From positions 1-39,655 of the forward strand of contig JAHLWZ010000466.1 in the NCBI GenBank assembly GCA_020536535.1: a stretch of DNA of 39,655 bases, read 5' to 3'. How positions within the stretch are numbered: the stretch's first letter is position 1; every line of letters starts with the position of its first letter. The notes below the pieces were generated by a model. That model was not told the origin of the DNA. It did not search any database and was given only the letters and a program-made list of their open reading frames with translations. Shown here in pieces: positions 1-13,125 of this stretch. Made by a program: the position numbers and the translations under genes. Source of the DNA: Pelomyxa schiedti (Eukaryota; Protista; Evosea).

Positions 1-1101
1 TTTGGAACAGGGTGATCCCGATCTGTGGCTCTCCAAATTGCTCAAAGCGTAACCACTGTGGGGCTTTTCTCCCAAAGTGGACCCATTTACTGGAGGGTGG
101 GAACACTTTGACTTTAGGGTGAGGGCGCGGGCGCGGGATCGCGCACACCAGCCTATTCGCGATCGGGATCTCGCCGCTGATTACGGGAATCACGCACGAG
201 CTAGTGGTGCGGGAGGGAGGCAACCACGACCAGAGGGTGGGCGTGACCAGGGGCCTCAACTGGCAGAACACTTTCTCTGGGGGCTGGGACCAGAGGGTTT
301 ACTTGGATGATGAGGGCGAGGGTGGCGCTTCAGCACGGCGAGAGGGGCAAGGGGCTGGGCTTCCCGATGTGCGCCAATGGGAAGTGGTTCATGTTCTACG
401 CGAAAAAGGACAGCGTTGAGGTTGGGCTCTTTTCCCCTCTGGATCGTTCGTCTCAAGTTGTAACGCTGTCAGTCCCTGACTCCTGGAAAATTAGCTTCGC
501 CTGCTGCAACCCTATTATGGAATGCGAGGCACTGACAGTTGTGTCTAATGGTGAAGGCTTGGCTTCACTTTGGTCAGTAGACCTCGCTGAATCTTTCAGG
601 ACCAAAGCCTTCTGCATTGTAAACACTGTCAATCTTCACAGTATCCCACCCCCAAGCAACATCTTCTGCGTACTAGCAATGAGGAAAAGAAACGGGAAAC
701 CCATCTTCATCATTACATTCTCTGGTCTCTCAAGCAACTCATGGGACGCAGTCTATTCAGTGGAGCCATCTGATTTCCTCACGCCTGCTGTGACCAAGGT
801 CAAGAGCACAAGAGATGTATGGTTGCGCCAAGTGAGCACATCAAAGTTCTGCATCGTTGGAAAGAGCCAGGCGTATCTCTGGGACTGTGACAACTTGAAA
901 AAGCCGATCATGTGCATCCAATTGAACAGGATGCAGGACTTCATGGCCGGCCTTGGGTTCTTTCTCAGAGTGAGCGAGGACAAGAGGACAATACACGTTA
1001 TTGAGGCATCGGCGGAGATGAAGTGTGTTGCCACAGTTGAGTTCCTCCTCCCTGATTGCTCTTTTTGTGGTTTTGTTCCAAACAGCTCTCTCATTTCATG
1101 A
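1..1101 (+). pseudogene. Lineage-specific hypothetical protein family member (5'-partial), frameshifted; paralog of the gene at 1195-2396
   Basis: Frame of 150-300 (SLFAIGISPLITGITHELVVREG) and frame of ORF 307-1101 (GFPMCANGKW...SLWSVDLAESF...LWDCDNLKKP) each align with the neighbouring gene but are in different frames; in-frame TGA at 120. Confidence 0.55.
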
Positions 1102-1194
1102 CCTGCCCGCTGTCTCTTGTTTTGGCGCCTTTTTCAAAACAAAAAAAAACCAACTTGTCTGTTTTTTCATGAGGAACACAAACCACAATTCAAG

Positions 1195-2396
1195 ATGAGC
1201 GACGTCCCGCTGCCACCGGCACACAAGAGACCAAGGAAAGCTACCACGCCCACGGGACACAAGTTGACGGGGACGCGCGCGCGGGACCAAGTTGGCGCGC
1301 TGCTGATGGCGACGCACCCTCGGTGCGGGAGGGCGAGCCCAGCAGGCCGCGGGAGGGTGTCCGGGCAGGTGGTGAGGCACTTATGGGACGAGTTCGTGAC
1401 GAAGTGCGTGTGCTGGCTCGGCGTCGAGAACAATGTGTGGTGCTCTGGGAATGGAGTAGAGGAGAACGGGCTGTTTGTGATTGGGATTTCGAGAATGTTG
1501 ATGGGAATCACGCACGAGCTGGCGGTGAGGGAGGGAAGGGCCTACGACATGAGGGTGGATTTGTTCAGGGGGCTGAGGTTTGTGGAGATTTGGCCAGATA
1601 TATCGATTCAGATTTATATGGAAAATGACGCTCTGGGGCGTGAAGTGCTCCATCACTCGATTGGTCCAGTTGTTGCCAACAGCCAGTGGGTCATGATTCA
1701 TGGGAAACGTATTCCAACTTTTGTTGTTCTCGGGAGTCTTTCGGCAACTGCTGAGGTGGTTCCATTACAAGTACCAAACACCTGCTCTATTGGGAGGGTA
1801 TGCTTTAACCAGTTCCTCGAAAGTGAAGCTTTGATGCTTCTATTCAATTCTGCGTCCCCTTCTGACAGGCCTTTGGGGCCCAATCGTGGACCATACTCCC
1901 TGTGGATAATAGATGTAGCTGCCTCCTTCCAAGCACAAGAGATCAAGATCGTGAACTTCCTAAATTGGGGTCGTGCAAGCACTCCAAACCCCAGCAATTG
2001 TACTGGCATTCTGAAGCTGAGAAAAAGAGATGGCCAAAGCGTATTCATCACGTCATTTTGCACATGTTGGGAAAATTCCTGGTATACAACTTATGCAGTG
2101 GAACAACCCTCAGAGAACCAAACACAAGCTGTTGTGACCAAGGTAACAAGCACTAGAGATCCAGCTCTGTATCAAGTCGGCCCTTCAATGTTCTGTGTCA
2201 TGGGAAAGGCCCAAGTGTTTATCTGGGACTGTGACAATCTGCTCAAGCCTCTTTCCTGCATCAACGTGTCCACGACAAGAGGAAAATTCATGTGATTTCG
2301 GCGTCATCAGAGATGAAGTGTGTTGCCACCGTTGAGATCCTCCTCCCTGGCTGTTTCTTTGGTGCCTTTCTTCCACATAGTTCTCTCATTTTCTGA
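1195..2396 (+). pseudogene. Lineage-specific hypothetical protein (RARDQVGALLMATHPRCGRASP N-terminal motif); 3' end frameshifted by a deletion
   Basis: ORF from ATG 1195 to 2295; the homologous C-terminus DKRKIHVISASSEMKCVATVEILLPGCFFGAFLPHSSLIF* continues in another frame to 2396; net 49-nt deletion relative to the paralog. Confidence 0.65.
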
Positions 2397-2531
2397 TCAA
2401 AGTCTGGTGTGAGACACATTTCTAAATGTTAGTGTGGGCTCCGAGAAACCAGCAAGGATACAAAGCTTGATCAATTGTAAATCAAATAAAACTTTGTTTT
2501 GTTTTCTTCTCTTTTCACAGAGTACAGGGAT

Positions 2532-4137
2532 TTAGGGAGGAAGGACACCCTTGGCCTTGCCAATCTCAATGAAGGCATCTACGGCCTTGTCAATCTGCGC
2601 GATGGTGTGGGCTGCGGAGAGCTGGACACGGATGCGGGCCAATCCACGGGGTACAACAGGGAAGCTGAACCCAATGACATAGATGCCCTTCTGGAGCATG
2701 TCATTGCTGTAAGGGTGGTTAGGGCCGCGGTAAAAGAAACAGAGGGTACATACGCGAACTCAGTGGCCAATCTGGCGTCGCCTAGCATAACTGGGGCAAT
2801 TGGTGCAACGTCGTCACCGCGGAGGTTGAAGCCGGCAGCCTTCATGCGTTTGCGGAAGTGGAGGGTGTTTCGCTCCAACGTGTCGCGGAGCTCGGTGGAG
2901 GAGGAGAGGATATCGAACACCTTCAGGTAGGCACCAACAAGTGGTGGGGGTACACTGTTGGAGAACAGGTATGGGCGAGAGCGTTGCCTGAGGATCTCAA
3001 TGATGTCCCTGACAAGTATTAGTTGGTGATAAAACTTCAGGCCGGGTCTTACCTCCTGCCGGTTGTGTAGCCACCACTGGCTCCGCCAAGAGCTTTGCCA
3101 AGGGTGCTATTGATGATGTCAACCCTGTCCATGACTCCACAGTGCTCGCATGCACCGCGGCCAGTCCTTCCGAGGAAACCAGCAGCGTGGGACTCGTCAA
3201 CCATCAGAATAGCGTCGTACTTGGCTGCATATTCAAGTTAATGGTAATGTTGCTGACCATTGTAGACATACCACACAGGTCACAGATTGCAGCAAGTGGG
3301 GCAATGGTTCCGTCCATGGAAAAGACGCCATCTGTGCAAACACAGCGGATCCTCTGTGCTTGGGCCTCCTTGAGTTTTGCCTCCAAATCGGCCAAGTCAC
3401 GGTGCAAGTAGCGGTAGCGAACGGCCTTGCAGAGCCTCACACCATCAATAATTGAAGCGTGGTTAAGCTCATCAGAAATGATGGCATCCTGATCGGTAAG
3501 GAAGGCCTCGAAGAGTCCAGCATTGGCATCGAAGCAGCTAGCATAGAGAATAGTATCCTCAGTGCGGTGGAACTCACTGATCTGAACGTGATTAAGCAAA
3601 TGGTAACACGTGCGCCGAAAGTACCTTATTCTCGAGTTGCTTGTGGATATCCTGAGTTCCGCAAATGAATCTCACGGAGCTCATGCCAAAGCCACGCTCG
3701 TCCATGATTCTCTTGGCCTCAGCGATAAGAGTTGGGTTATCAGAAAGACCTATCCCACGGTTAACTCGACTTAAACTTAGATTGGAAAAAAAATACCCAA
3801 GTAGTTGTTGGCGCACATGCACAGTACCTCTTCAGTGGAAGTTGTAACACCGAGGTTAGCCCTAGGAAAGAAAGTGAATTAAGTGTTACACTCAACACAA
3901 AATGAACATAAAAAAAAAAAAAAAACAAATGCAAGTAAAAGTAATTATAATAAGGCGACAAACACACAAACACACGCACCTCTGAGCGGTGTTAATGATC
4001 CTCTCGGCCTTGTAGGTACCGGCGTTCTTGATGTCGGTGACCAACTGCTGCAGTGCGCGACCACACGTGTCGTTCCTGGCTCCCCCCGGCGTGCTGGGTG
4101 TCGTACTTGTCGCAGTTACGGGCGTGCTCGTGGCCAT
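2532..4137 (-). CDS. GCAT: 2-amino-3-ketobutyrate CoA ligase / glycine C-acetyltransferase (PLP class II aminotransferase), multi-exon
   Basis: Motifs [109 protein letters not shown]; stop after GVLPP. Confidence 0.95.
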
Positions 4138-4240
4138 TCTGATGTGTCGGGTTTTTTTGGTTTTGTGAAAAAGAGACAACTGCGTCTTTTCTTTAGCCTC
4201 TGAGATTTGTGGAATAGGAGAGAATCTGGATGATCAACTG

Positions 4241-5088
4241 ATGTACCCTGTGGCCATCTTGATAACCAATCAATCTGGAAGAAGGGGGCACCCGTTCGTC
4301 TCAGAGTCTTTCACAGGCCTAGCAGCAATCCCTTCCGGATTGCCCTCACAAGAGATCATAGCAGGAATTAGGAGACCGTTTCAGGTAAGGAGCAATGACC
4401 CACTTGCGTTACCCTCTCTGGGGCCTGGGTCCTATTACGCGGTCCCACCAAGGTTTGGTGGTGCCCAACATTGTAAACTTGCTAATGATGCCCAGGGCAT
4501 AGACATACACGCACCACCCAAAGTGCAAGAAGAAGAGATGGAGTTTTGGAAAGTGTCTTGTTGCCGATGCGATTAAGGTTAGAATTTCTTTTATTAAAAA
4601 GTCCTTCAGAGTTACCCCGGTTCAAGGCTGAAGTTGAAATCCACTAAAGGCAGCAGGTGCTGCACTTTTCATTCTAAAACCCCAGGGTACCCACAAAAAC
4701 AGAGGGCCAAGAGAATGACGGAAGCAGAAAGTAGATTACCGAAACTACAGAAAGAAATTGCGAAGATGAAAATACAAATGGTGAAAATGAAAGGAAAAAT
4801 GGCAGAAACGAAGAGCCAGCTGGCAAGTCTTGTGGTAACCTCGTCTCACAAAATCTACAAGTGCAACTCACTGAACTGAAGAGTGAAAATGCAACTCGCT
4901 GGAAGGAAAATGAAGCTTTGGAAGTAACACTCCTTAGAACCAAGACTCAAATCACGGAATTGACTCGTCAAGTGAATGAAGCAACCAAGCAAGTGAAGGA
5001 CGTGATGAGTCAATTGAATGAACTGAGGAAAGACACCGAAAGTCAACAGGTAACTTTTTTCCGCCATCCAACCTATTCTCACCCCTAA
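4241..5088 (+). CDS. Hypothetical protein with C-terminal coiled coil (exon structure uncertain)
   Basis: ORFs 4241-4576, 4634-4879 and 4861-5088 separated by intron-like segments; heptad-rich sequence (LPKLQKEIAKMKIQMVKMK, QITELTRQVNEATKQV). Confidence 0.45.
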
Positions 5089-5449
5089 TGCAAGGAAAAC
5101 CTTCACTTCCTTCCGGTATTTTCGCTTCTTCCCATTGAATATCTCATCCCAACAGGATTACTATGTGATAAACTTGTGTGACGAAATATTCACTCAGTCA
5201 CTAATGGTGGTGGCACAGGAGATATCAAGCACTCCCGAGCTCTAATCACTTTATATTCACCTTGCAAACTACTCTACCAGTGTCTCCACCGACAACAACT
5301 CAACCCGAGATTGTTGGTCCGAACAAAACCCACCAGCCAACATCAGTTCCCATTGTAGAAAGGAGGGTGAACAAAGAAAAGCCAACGCGTTCCCTGACTT
5401 TCGCTGTAATTCCAACTTTTTGTCCTTCCGAAAGTTCGGGGTGTTTGTG

Positions 5450-8257
5450 ATGGACCCAATCGACATCGACGGCGTGGATGTGCCGGCGGGGCTGCCGCCC
5501 CCTCCCGACGTCCCGGCGCCGCCGCCGCCCTCCCACCTGCCCGCCTCGCCGCCACCCCCTCCCCCGCCCTCCTCCCTCTCCGCCCCAACCATCTTCCAGC
5601 CTCCCTCCTTCGAGGCGCCCTCCCCGCCTCGCCCCTCCCGCGCCCCCCCGACCCTCGGCGCCGCGACTGGCTCCCCGCCGCATACACAGCCCCGCGGCCC
5701 CGTGGTGGAGGCGGAGGGCAGCGCCGCGGCCGTGGCTGATACACCGGGCCGGTGCACTGCGACCACCCCCTCGCCGTCTCCGCCTGGCTCGCCCTCGCCT
5801 CCGCTCCCGATGTGCCTGCTGCCTTGCCATTCGTGGTCCTCTGCCTCTTCGTCCTCCTCGACGTCTGCGTCTTCGTCGGCTTCGGCGTCGCCGTCGACGT
5901 CGCCACCCACAATGGGGTTTGGTTGCGGCGTAGGCGTGGCCACTATCACGTTCGGGGGGATCCAGCACCCTGTCGTTCCGTCGTTAGGATCCAAGCCCGT
6001 GAGGCCTTTGCTTGGAAGGAGGCCTGCTAATCAAGAACATCACAATCAGCAGCAGCAGGAACAACAGGTGTCACTACTACCAGCATCGGCCTCCTCACAA
6101 ATGAGTACGAGTACTGTATCCACGAGTATCTCGGCGTCAAGTGCATGTGGGAGTTCGGGGAAGTCGAGTGCTGGAAGGGCGCTTGGCAAGAGGTCTACTA
6201 CCATGGACAACTTGATGGAGATAGTCAACACTTTCAAGAGCGCTCTCCTCACAATTCATCGTACTATCTTATTTGGCTCTGTTTTGTTTAAAACTAACAG
6301 GCTTGTGTTTTATATTGACACTGTATGTACAAGTTACGGGTGGAACCAATCTGAAAACAAAAGGAGGAAAAGCAAGGCCGTCAACATTCTGTGAAATTTA
6401 CCTTTTGGATGGCACACCGACTTCCCCAACACCGAAAAAGAATCGGTCCAAGTTAATTGAAAGCGACTCCAATCCAGTCTGGTGGGTTTTACTGTTCATT
6501 GCCAGTATTGATAACATAATAGGGATGAAGAATTTTCCATGTGAGTGATGTGTTGCCTCAATACCACTTCATAATTGCGTCTATTTTTCAGAGAAGTTCC
6601 GCCAAGTACAAAAGCTCTGAGGATTGATGTACAAAGCTGTGGAAAACTCTCGAAGGACAAACTTGTTGGATATGTGGAAGTACCGTTTGCGGATTTCTCC
6701 CATTGGCAAAGGTTTTATTGGTTTCAATAATATAATCTAAAAGAAACAGCAATGGTGTAGCCCCTATGTGCGTGGAGAAGGGTAGCAAGGCTACGGGAGA
6801 AATATCGTTTTCTTTGAGTTTCACAACAGCTATGGATCGCAATAAATACCTGAGAATTTCTAAAGATTCCTATGATCAACTTCAGTCTGTTGTCTCCACA
6901 TCAGCAGGCATACCCTCACTTTCTTCAGATCCTCACCAATCCCGATTTATTCATCATCATGGCCATCTGCAGAGCTTTGTGGAATTCACTAGAAGATGCT
7001 TTTTCACTCGCCTTGATTCGATTGTTTCAGCAGAAAGGTTTGGCGAGGATTCTTGTAGTTAAACTGTTGACAAGAGAAGTCACTATGGGTATGCGAAGTT
7101 AGCACTGCCAATGTTGACGGCATCACCTCAGCTTCTGAAACAACCTTCCTACGGCAAAATACCCTGGCAACAAGGGTTACCATGCATTATTTTAAGCTAA
7201 TAGGCTTTGGTTATATTACAGCTGTTCTCAAACCACATATAGAAAATCTTCTGGCGGACGCTTCTGTGGGAGCTGACCTTAAGTATAAAAGTTGCTCTTA
7301 TCTTCATTTAACTTCAAACAAGAGAAGGGGATGGTTTTGCAGCAAATGTACGGCTGGCTGTATTATCCCAGGCCATACTTGACAGTCTTTTTCAAACCAC
7401 CAACCTAATGCCCCTGTATGAAATGCATCGTCTCCATACCATTCAACCATGAATACAAGGAACATGCGCCTTGTACTATGGGAAGTGAAGCAAATATTGA
7501 TAGAGCAAGGACGATCACAATTATCTTCCACGTTAGCTATCGCAATTTTCTTTTTAAGATATTTCTGTCCTGCTGGTACGAATTTTCCATCTTCACTTTA
7601 ATCTGATGTAAGACGCAGTTTTCTTCCCGGAACAGTTTTATATTACCTCAGGTTACACAGATTGACAAGGTTTTTGTTGTGTCCATTTACTTCGATTAGC
7701 ACCGATAACTCCCGAGTCTCGTCGTGCCCTTACACTGATTGCAAAAGTCATTCAAAGTTTAGCAAATGCCTCGCGGCAAGAGTGCGTAACTGAATCTTTT
7801 TCCGCCTTGAAACTGATGGATTTACAGTGACCCGCACGAAAATTCCCACATGGAAATAATTACTCAACTTATAGAGCCTCTCAGGGAACCCATGGACCGA
7901 TTCACCATTAGCATAATGGTTGAACCTTCCCTCTTTTTGCCCACTCCTGACCTTTTACCCAGGAAAAACCGGAATCTGGGCCCCCTGATGAAACCCACTC
8001 CCAGTTGGAAGAAGAGGACTATCCTAAGTTGATGGCTATAGTGGTACCAATGCCCAAATCGATTCCAACTTCCCCTCATTACCTGCATAGGTCAGAAAAC
8101 TTGCTGAAAACTTCACTAACATTGAAGAATCAATCAAAACAAGCAATGACACATGTGCCGAGGACTACCTCGCCATAGTATGCACACATCACCCTATTCT
8201 TATCTGATAATAATACAGGCCGAATTCGAAGTGTTGAAGTCCATAATCATTGGCTAA
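5450..8257 (+). CDS. Ras GTPase-activating protein with Pro/Ser-rich N-terminus and C2 domain
   Basis: C2-like exon (GGTNLK...TFCEIYL...SKLIESDSNPVW); RasGAP arginine finger TFLRQNTLATR near 7140-7175 and signature FLFLRYFCPA near 7545-7575; RRALTLIAKVIQSLAN. Confidence 0.88.
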
Positions 8258-8379
8258 CCAAAAACTACTACTATTGTTGTAATTTAGGCAAAAAAAAAAA
8301 GCAATCAATCTGCCATCAATTTCCCCTAACAAGACACGTAACGAAAAACAAAATTTCTTCCGAAAGACAGGGGCACAGT

Positions 8380-11300
8380 ATGCACCACCACCTCGGACCA
8401 GACGAATTCAACACGATACTGCACTGCCTCCGAGCAGACGAATTCAACAACGACTGGGCGCAGGGGCACCACCAGCAACAGCTACCCCAAGGGCTCCACG
8501 GCAAGGTGGACGGCAGGGTCGGGGACTACGTGTTGCGGAGGTGGCTGGGCCGCGGCACCTCCGCCGAGGTCTGGGCCGCCGTCCGCAGCCCCCTGCCCCA
8601 CCACGCCCCGCCGCCCCCGCGTGCCCCGCCCCCGACCCACTACTACACCCCGTCCGCGGGCGCCCCCTCCGCGGCGTCCTCGGACCTCTCGTCGTCTCTG
8701 CTGCGCCTGCCCGCTGCGGTCGCCACGGCCACGACGGTGTCGGCGCCCCCGGCGCAGCGGGTCGCGGCGGCCACGCCCCCCGCGATGCCCCGCCCCTCCT
8801 GCTGCGACTCCCTGCCGTCGGACGACTTGCTGAGATCCTCCAGGATATTCGTGGCAGATGAAGCCCGCCATCCATCAAATGATCGAGGGAACATGAACGA
8901 GCGAGAGCGAGAGCGGGGCGAGTCTGAAGCGGAGCCGGAGCCGGAGGGGGTGCCGGAGGTGGTGGCGGAGGAGGAGGTTGCTGTTAAGATAATAGATATG
9001 AATGTTCTGTGCCTAAACAAGCCGGATATGGCGAGGCTTGTGCGGAGGGAGATACAGGTGCATTCTGCTGTGCGGCATGAGAACATTGTCAGGTTGATCG
9101 ATCACTTTGTATGTTGCCTGTATGGAGAAATTGGTCTGGTTTATGTATCTCTACATTGAGTGGGGTGGGGGGGATTCAGTGTTTAAGCAGGGAGGGATGA
9201 AGAACAACTCATTGAGTTGCACTCACAAATTCCAAACCAAGCGATGTGGCGACCAGAATAAATTTTGTGTACTGGTCTTGGAGCTTTGTGACGAAACTCT
9301 TGAGCAGGCGTTGCATAGAGGATCATTTAGTGAAGATGAGGTGCGGTATTATGCGTGCCAATTGGGTATGCGTCCCTTTCTCTTATTTTTCTTCTTCTTA
9401 CTATTTCCCAGCTGATGCGCTCTTTCTGCTTGATCAGCATAGTATGTAGTCTGTTACGAAGATGGCTTAATAATCTTCTACAGAGGTTGCACACAGAGAC
9501 CTGAAGCCAGCAAATGTTGTGTATTGTACTCCACTTCATCACTGACATACTTCAGATAATGTTGAAAAGATGTGGCACTACAACGATTTTGAAATGTACC
9601 ACGCCCCCCTCTTTTGTGTTTTGGATCCTAATGCGCAATAGTGGCAGACTTCGTAATTCTTTTCCATTTTTGACCTCTGTGGGCTCTAATTACTTTAAAA
9701 GGGGTTTGCAAGGAACTGTAGCGGGCCTATGGTCACTACTGCTGGTTTCTTCTTTACGTCCTTTTCTTTTTTCCGAACTTTTCCAGGCACAGAGAAGTAC
9801 ATGGCCCCGGAAATTTGGAGGGGCTGGCAAGGTTATGATAATAGATGTGATATGTGGAGCTTGGGTGTTGTTCTTACTGAGGTTTGCTATTTCTGCCCCA
9901 AAAAACCAAACCACTTGTGTCCAGATACTCGGGCACCCGATTTTCCCCGGAAATACATATTCCTGGAACCCAGACTATGAGAATCCGCCTTTCCCGCGCC
10001 CTGATGATCCTACAAAGAATGCATTGTCCCCTAATTTCGTGGAACTTATCCGTCAGCTAATGAAAAAGTGGGACAAGTATTTCTCTTCGCCATATAGTTT
10101 ACATCAAAAATCCAGAGATCCTGCAAAACGCCTCCCGGTCACAAAACTTGTGCAACACCAATTCATCCGGCTGCCACAATTTCTTGTTCTGAAGACCACC
10201 AGCCCTCCCTTTGGGTGGCCAGTCTTGGAACAAGTAAAAATCCACCCATGCAATGCCAGGAATAAAACAGTTACTGAATTTAATGTAAGTGTTCTACCAA
10301 GGGGCAACCCTTTTTAATTATGCCAATTACAGCGTGAAGTTCGTCCCAATGAGTGTGCTCCTGATGATGTCTTCATACTGATGGGGTCTTCTCCACAAAA
10401 TGAAACTGAAGAACCTCAGCTTGATCCCAGAGTCTTGTGTGGAACCACAACCATTTCAAATGGTGTTTTTGATCAGGTGGATTCAGTGACCTTTTTACAT
10501 GTCTAATGCCATGCCTTTTTTTTTGGTTAAGATGTGTGCATTTGGTCTGTTGATCATCCCAGCTGATTTGGGCACTTTTTCCTTTGGATCAGTACCATAC
10601 TCCTCTGAGGTATCGTTTCTTCCATTTCATGTTTTAATCACAATGTTCAGCCCGCTTGGATTGACTTCAACATCAAAGCGAGCACATTTTTTTCTTCCCA
10701 GCAAGGACTTTTGCTGTCAGTCATGCACACCCTATTTTCAATTCTTTTTCCAAGGTTTTTCCCTCCTTTTTTTCCCTCCAATCACATGAAATACAGGGAA
10801 ATTCAACAGGAATGGGGCACTCACAGGCACGAATGCAGACAAGCCCTGGCAAGTCTCAAGGAACTCATAGGAAAGGTTCTAATACAATGCCATGAATATG
10901 TTCTCATTTCTTTTAAGCTCGATATTACCTCAACTCCCTTCAGCCCTGAAGACCTTGATAATCTCAAACAAAATATTGCTGACCTTGAGGTGTTTCACGG
11001 TGCCACGGGTACTTTGCTCCTTTTTGTTTCCCCTTTTCCGTAATTCTTCCAAAGATTCTGCATTCATATTGTATTGTGAAGTGCAACAACTGTATAACTT
11101 TTATACTCTTGCCAAGGATTTCACCATAAGTAGGGTCACGGAGCAGAAGATTATTGCACAACAAACTTGGGAAGCATTTCATAACATAGATGACCCAGCT
11201 CCAAATAACAACCAACAAACTGAAATTTCTGAAAAAAAACGACTCCTGTATGCCGACATCCACAACTGTGTCGATGCGACGGTTCTTTTCCCTCAAGTGT

Positions 11301-12008
11301 TTCCTCTTCTAAAACCGGAACAAGGAAACCATATGGCGAAGATTTTTAGAGTTATTTCACTTTTATTGCCACCCAGTGCAGAAGAAATTTGTTTTGGGTG
11401 AGTTGTTTTTTTTTTTCAAACTCTATTTTCACCGGATTCACTCCGTGAAAGGAAAGGAGCTTCTCGAAGGAATCAACAGCACCATTGCACACATTAACAA
11501 GCTGTGCATCGTTGTATCTGAAGAGGACATTGCCTCTAACGTGGAACGGTCCTTACGTGAAAGCCATGAAACTTTGGCCCGGTATTTTATTTATTTCAAA
11601 ATCAACTTGCTTCCTTATCAAATGTCCTTCAGGGAATTCTCTTCCAGAAATATTCCATACCAACCACCCCGAACAATACCATCACACAGCGAGATACTGA
11701 GTGCTTTGAGCGGGTCCAATGCCACTCCCACAGGTAACAAAACACTCTTCCCTTTTGACTTGGCTTTCATTATTTAACACACTGTAGGAACCCCCACTCT
11801 ATCACCGACGGTTTCCACCCTGAGCTTCTCTAGTGCCCGCACATCCAGCCCTTGCATTACACAGAGCTCCCTACTTAGAAGCAGCATGCTAAAACCAATT
11901 CAAACACCGGGTAACCCAGGTTGCATCAAGTGCATAGAGGAGCAAATCTTCAATGACAAACTATCTCAGATATACAGAGCCCGCCAAGTCGTCAGCAAAT
12001 TTCTCTGA
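8380..12008 (+). CDS. Serine/threonine protein kinase with long helical C-terminal region
   Basis: LGRGTSAEV, VAVK, REIQVH..VRHENIVRL, HRDLKPAN, spliced LADFGFAR, GTEKYMAPE, CDMWSLGV, DPAKRL; 3' end inferred from the last open exon. Confidence 0.88.
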
Positions 12009-12201
12009 GGTACTTCCACGACTGTATCCCATTTGTAGCACTAAATTCCTCCTCACTCTCCACCCAGAGGGGGTGAAATGAAGAATGATGATGCCTGTAA
12101 AGTAGCCTAAGTGAGATTTAAACAATGCGGGGTGATGACACCATCGACTTTAAAAAAAGAAAACAAAGAGATCTTGTGATTTGATCATTACCAGAAAATT
12201 G

Positions 12202-13041
12202 ATGATGGAAGCAGCGAACCCGACGCCGGAAGTGTTTTCAGTACAGGTGCAAACTAGGGAGCCGTCCGCGTCAGATTACGACGACAACATACGGGACAAG
12301 TTCGACCCTCTGGAGATCTACGGTAAGGTACAAATTGCGCTAACAAAACAACACTCTCACAACAACAACACTATCGTCGGTAGGGTCGTGTGTGTTGGGT
12401 TAGCATGCATGTCGTCACCTACTAATTTTTTTTTTGCTTATTTTTTATCAGAGATTCTACGTACGGTGAAGGACCCCGAACACCCTGTCACACTGGAACA
12501 GTTGAAAGTCATTTCCGTCGAACAAATCAAAGTGGATGACGCTGCTAGCACCATCGAGGTTCAATTCACACCGACTGTGGCTCACTGCACCATGGCAACA
12601 CTCATAGGCCTATGCATTCGTGTGAAACTGCTTAGGTTGCTGCCCCGCAGATTTAAGGTGTGGCTTTTTTTCCTTACATATTATTGAAGGAATGTAAATG
12701 CTATGTGGAGGTTAATAGTGCGTGAGTTGTTTACTAAAACCGGCCTGTTAGGTACAAATTCTACTCTCCGAGGGCTCACATTCCTCTGAAGAAGATGGTA
12801 TTTCATGCACCTAACTTTCGCCAAACAACGAACTCACTTGTGGCAGTAAACAAGCAATTGAATGATAAAGAGAGAATCGCTGCAGGTAAACAAACCCTCA
12901 TAAATACCCTTTCTCTCACTTTGTGAAATAACTTATTGTTGCAATTTCATTCAAGCCATGGAGAACACCAACCTTCTTAACGTCGTGAACAACTGCCTAT
13001 CTGAGAAGCCCATAACAGATGAACTCCCTGCCCTGTACTAG
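12202..13041 (+). CDS. CIA2: Cytosolic Fe-S assembly component CIA2 (MIP18/FAM96B family)
   Basis: VKDPEHPVTLEQL, FTPTVAHCTMATLIGLCIRVKL, spliced VNKQLNDKERIAAAMEN. Confidence 0.95.
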
Positions 13042-13125
13042 ACCATTCAACCTTCACACAACCACAAGCAAAAACAGCCAAACACAAAAAACGAAACCTA
13101 AGAATTAGACAGTAACAACAAATCT

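Noticed and set aside
5269-5994. Long overlapping antisense and alternate-frame ORFs (also at 8444-9086, 25054-25624 and 38668-39373)
   Set aside because: Shadow ORFs caused by stop-codon scarcity in GC-rich low-complexity sequence
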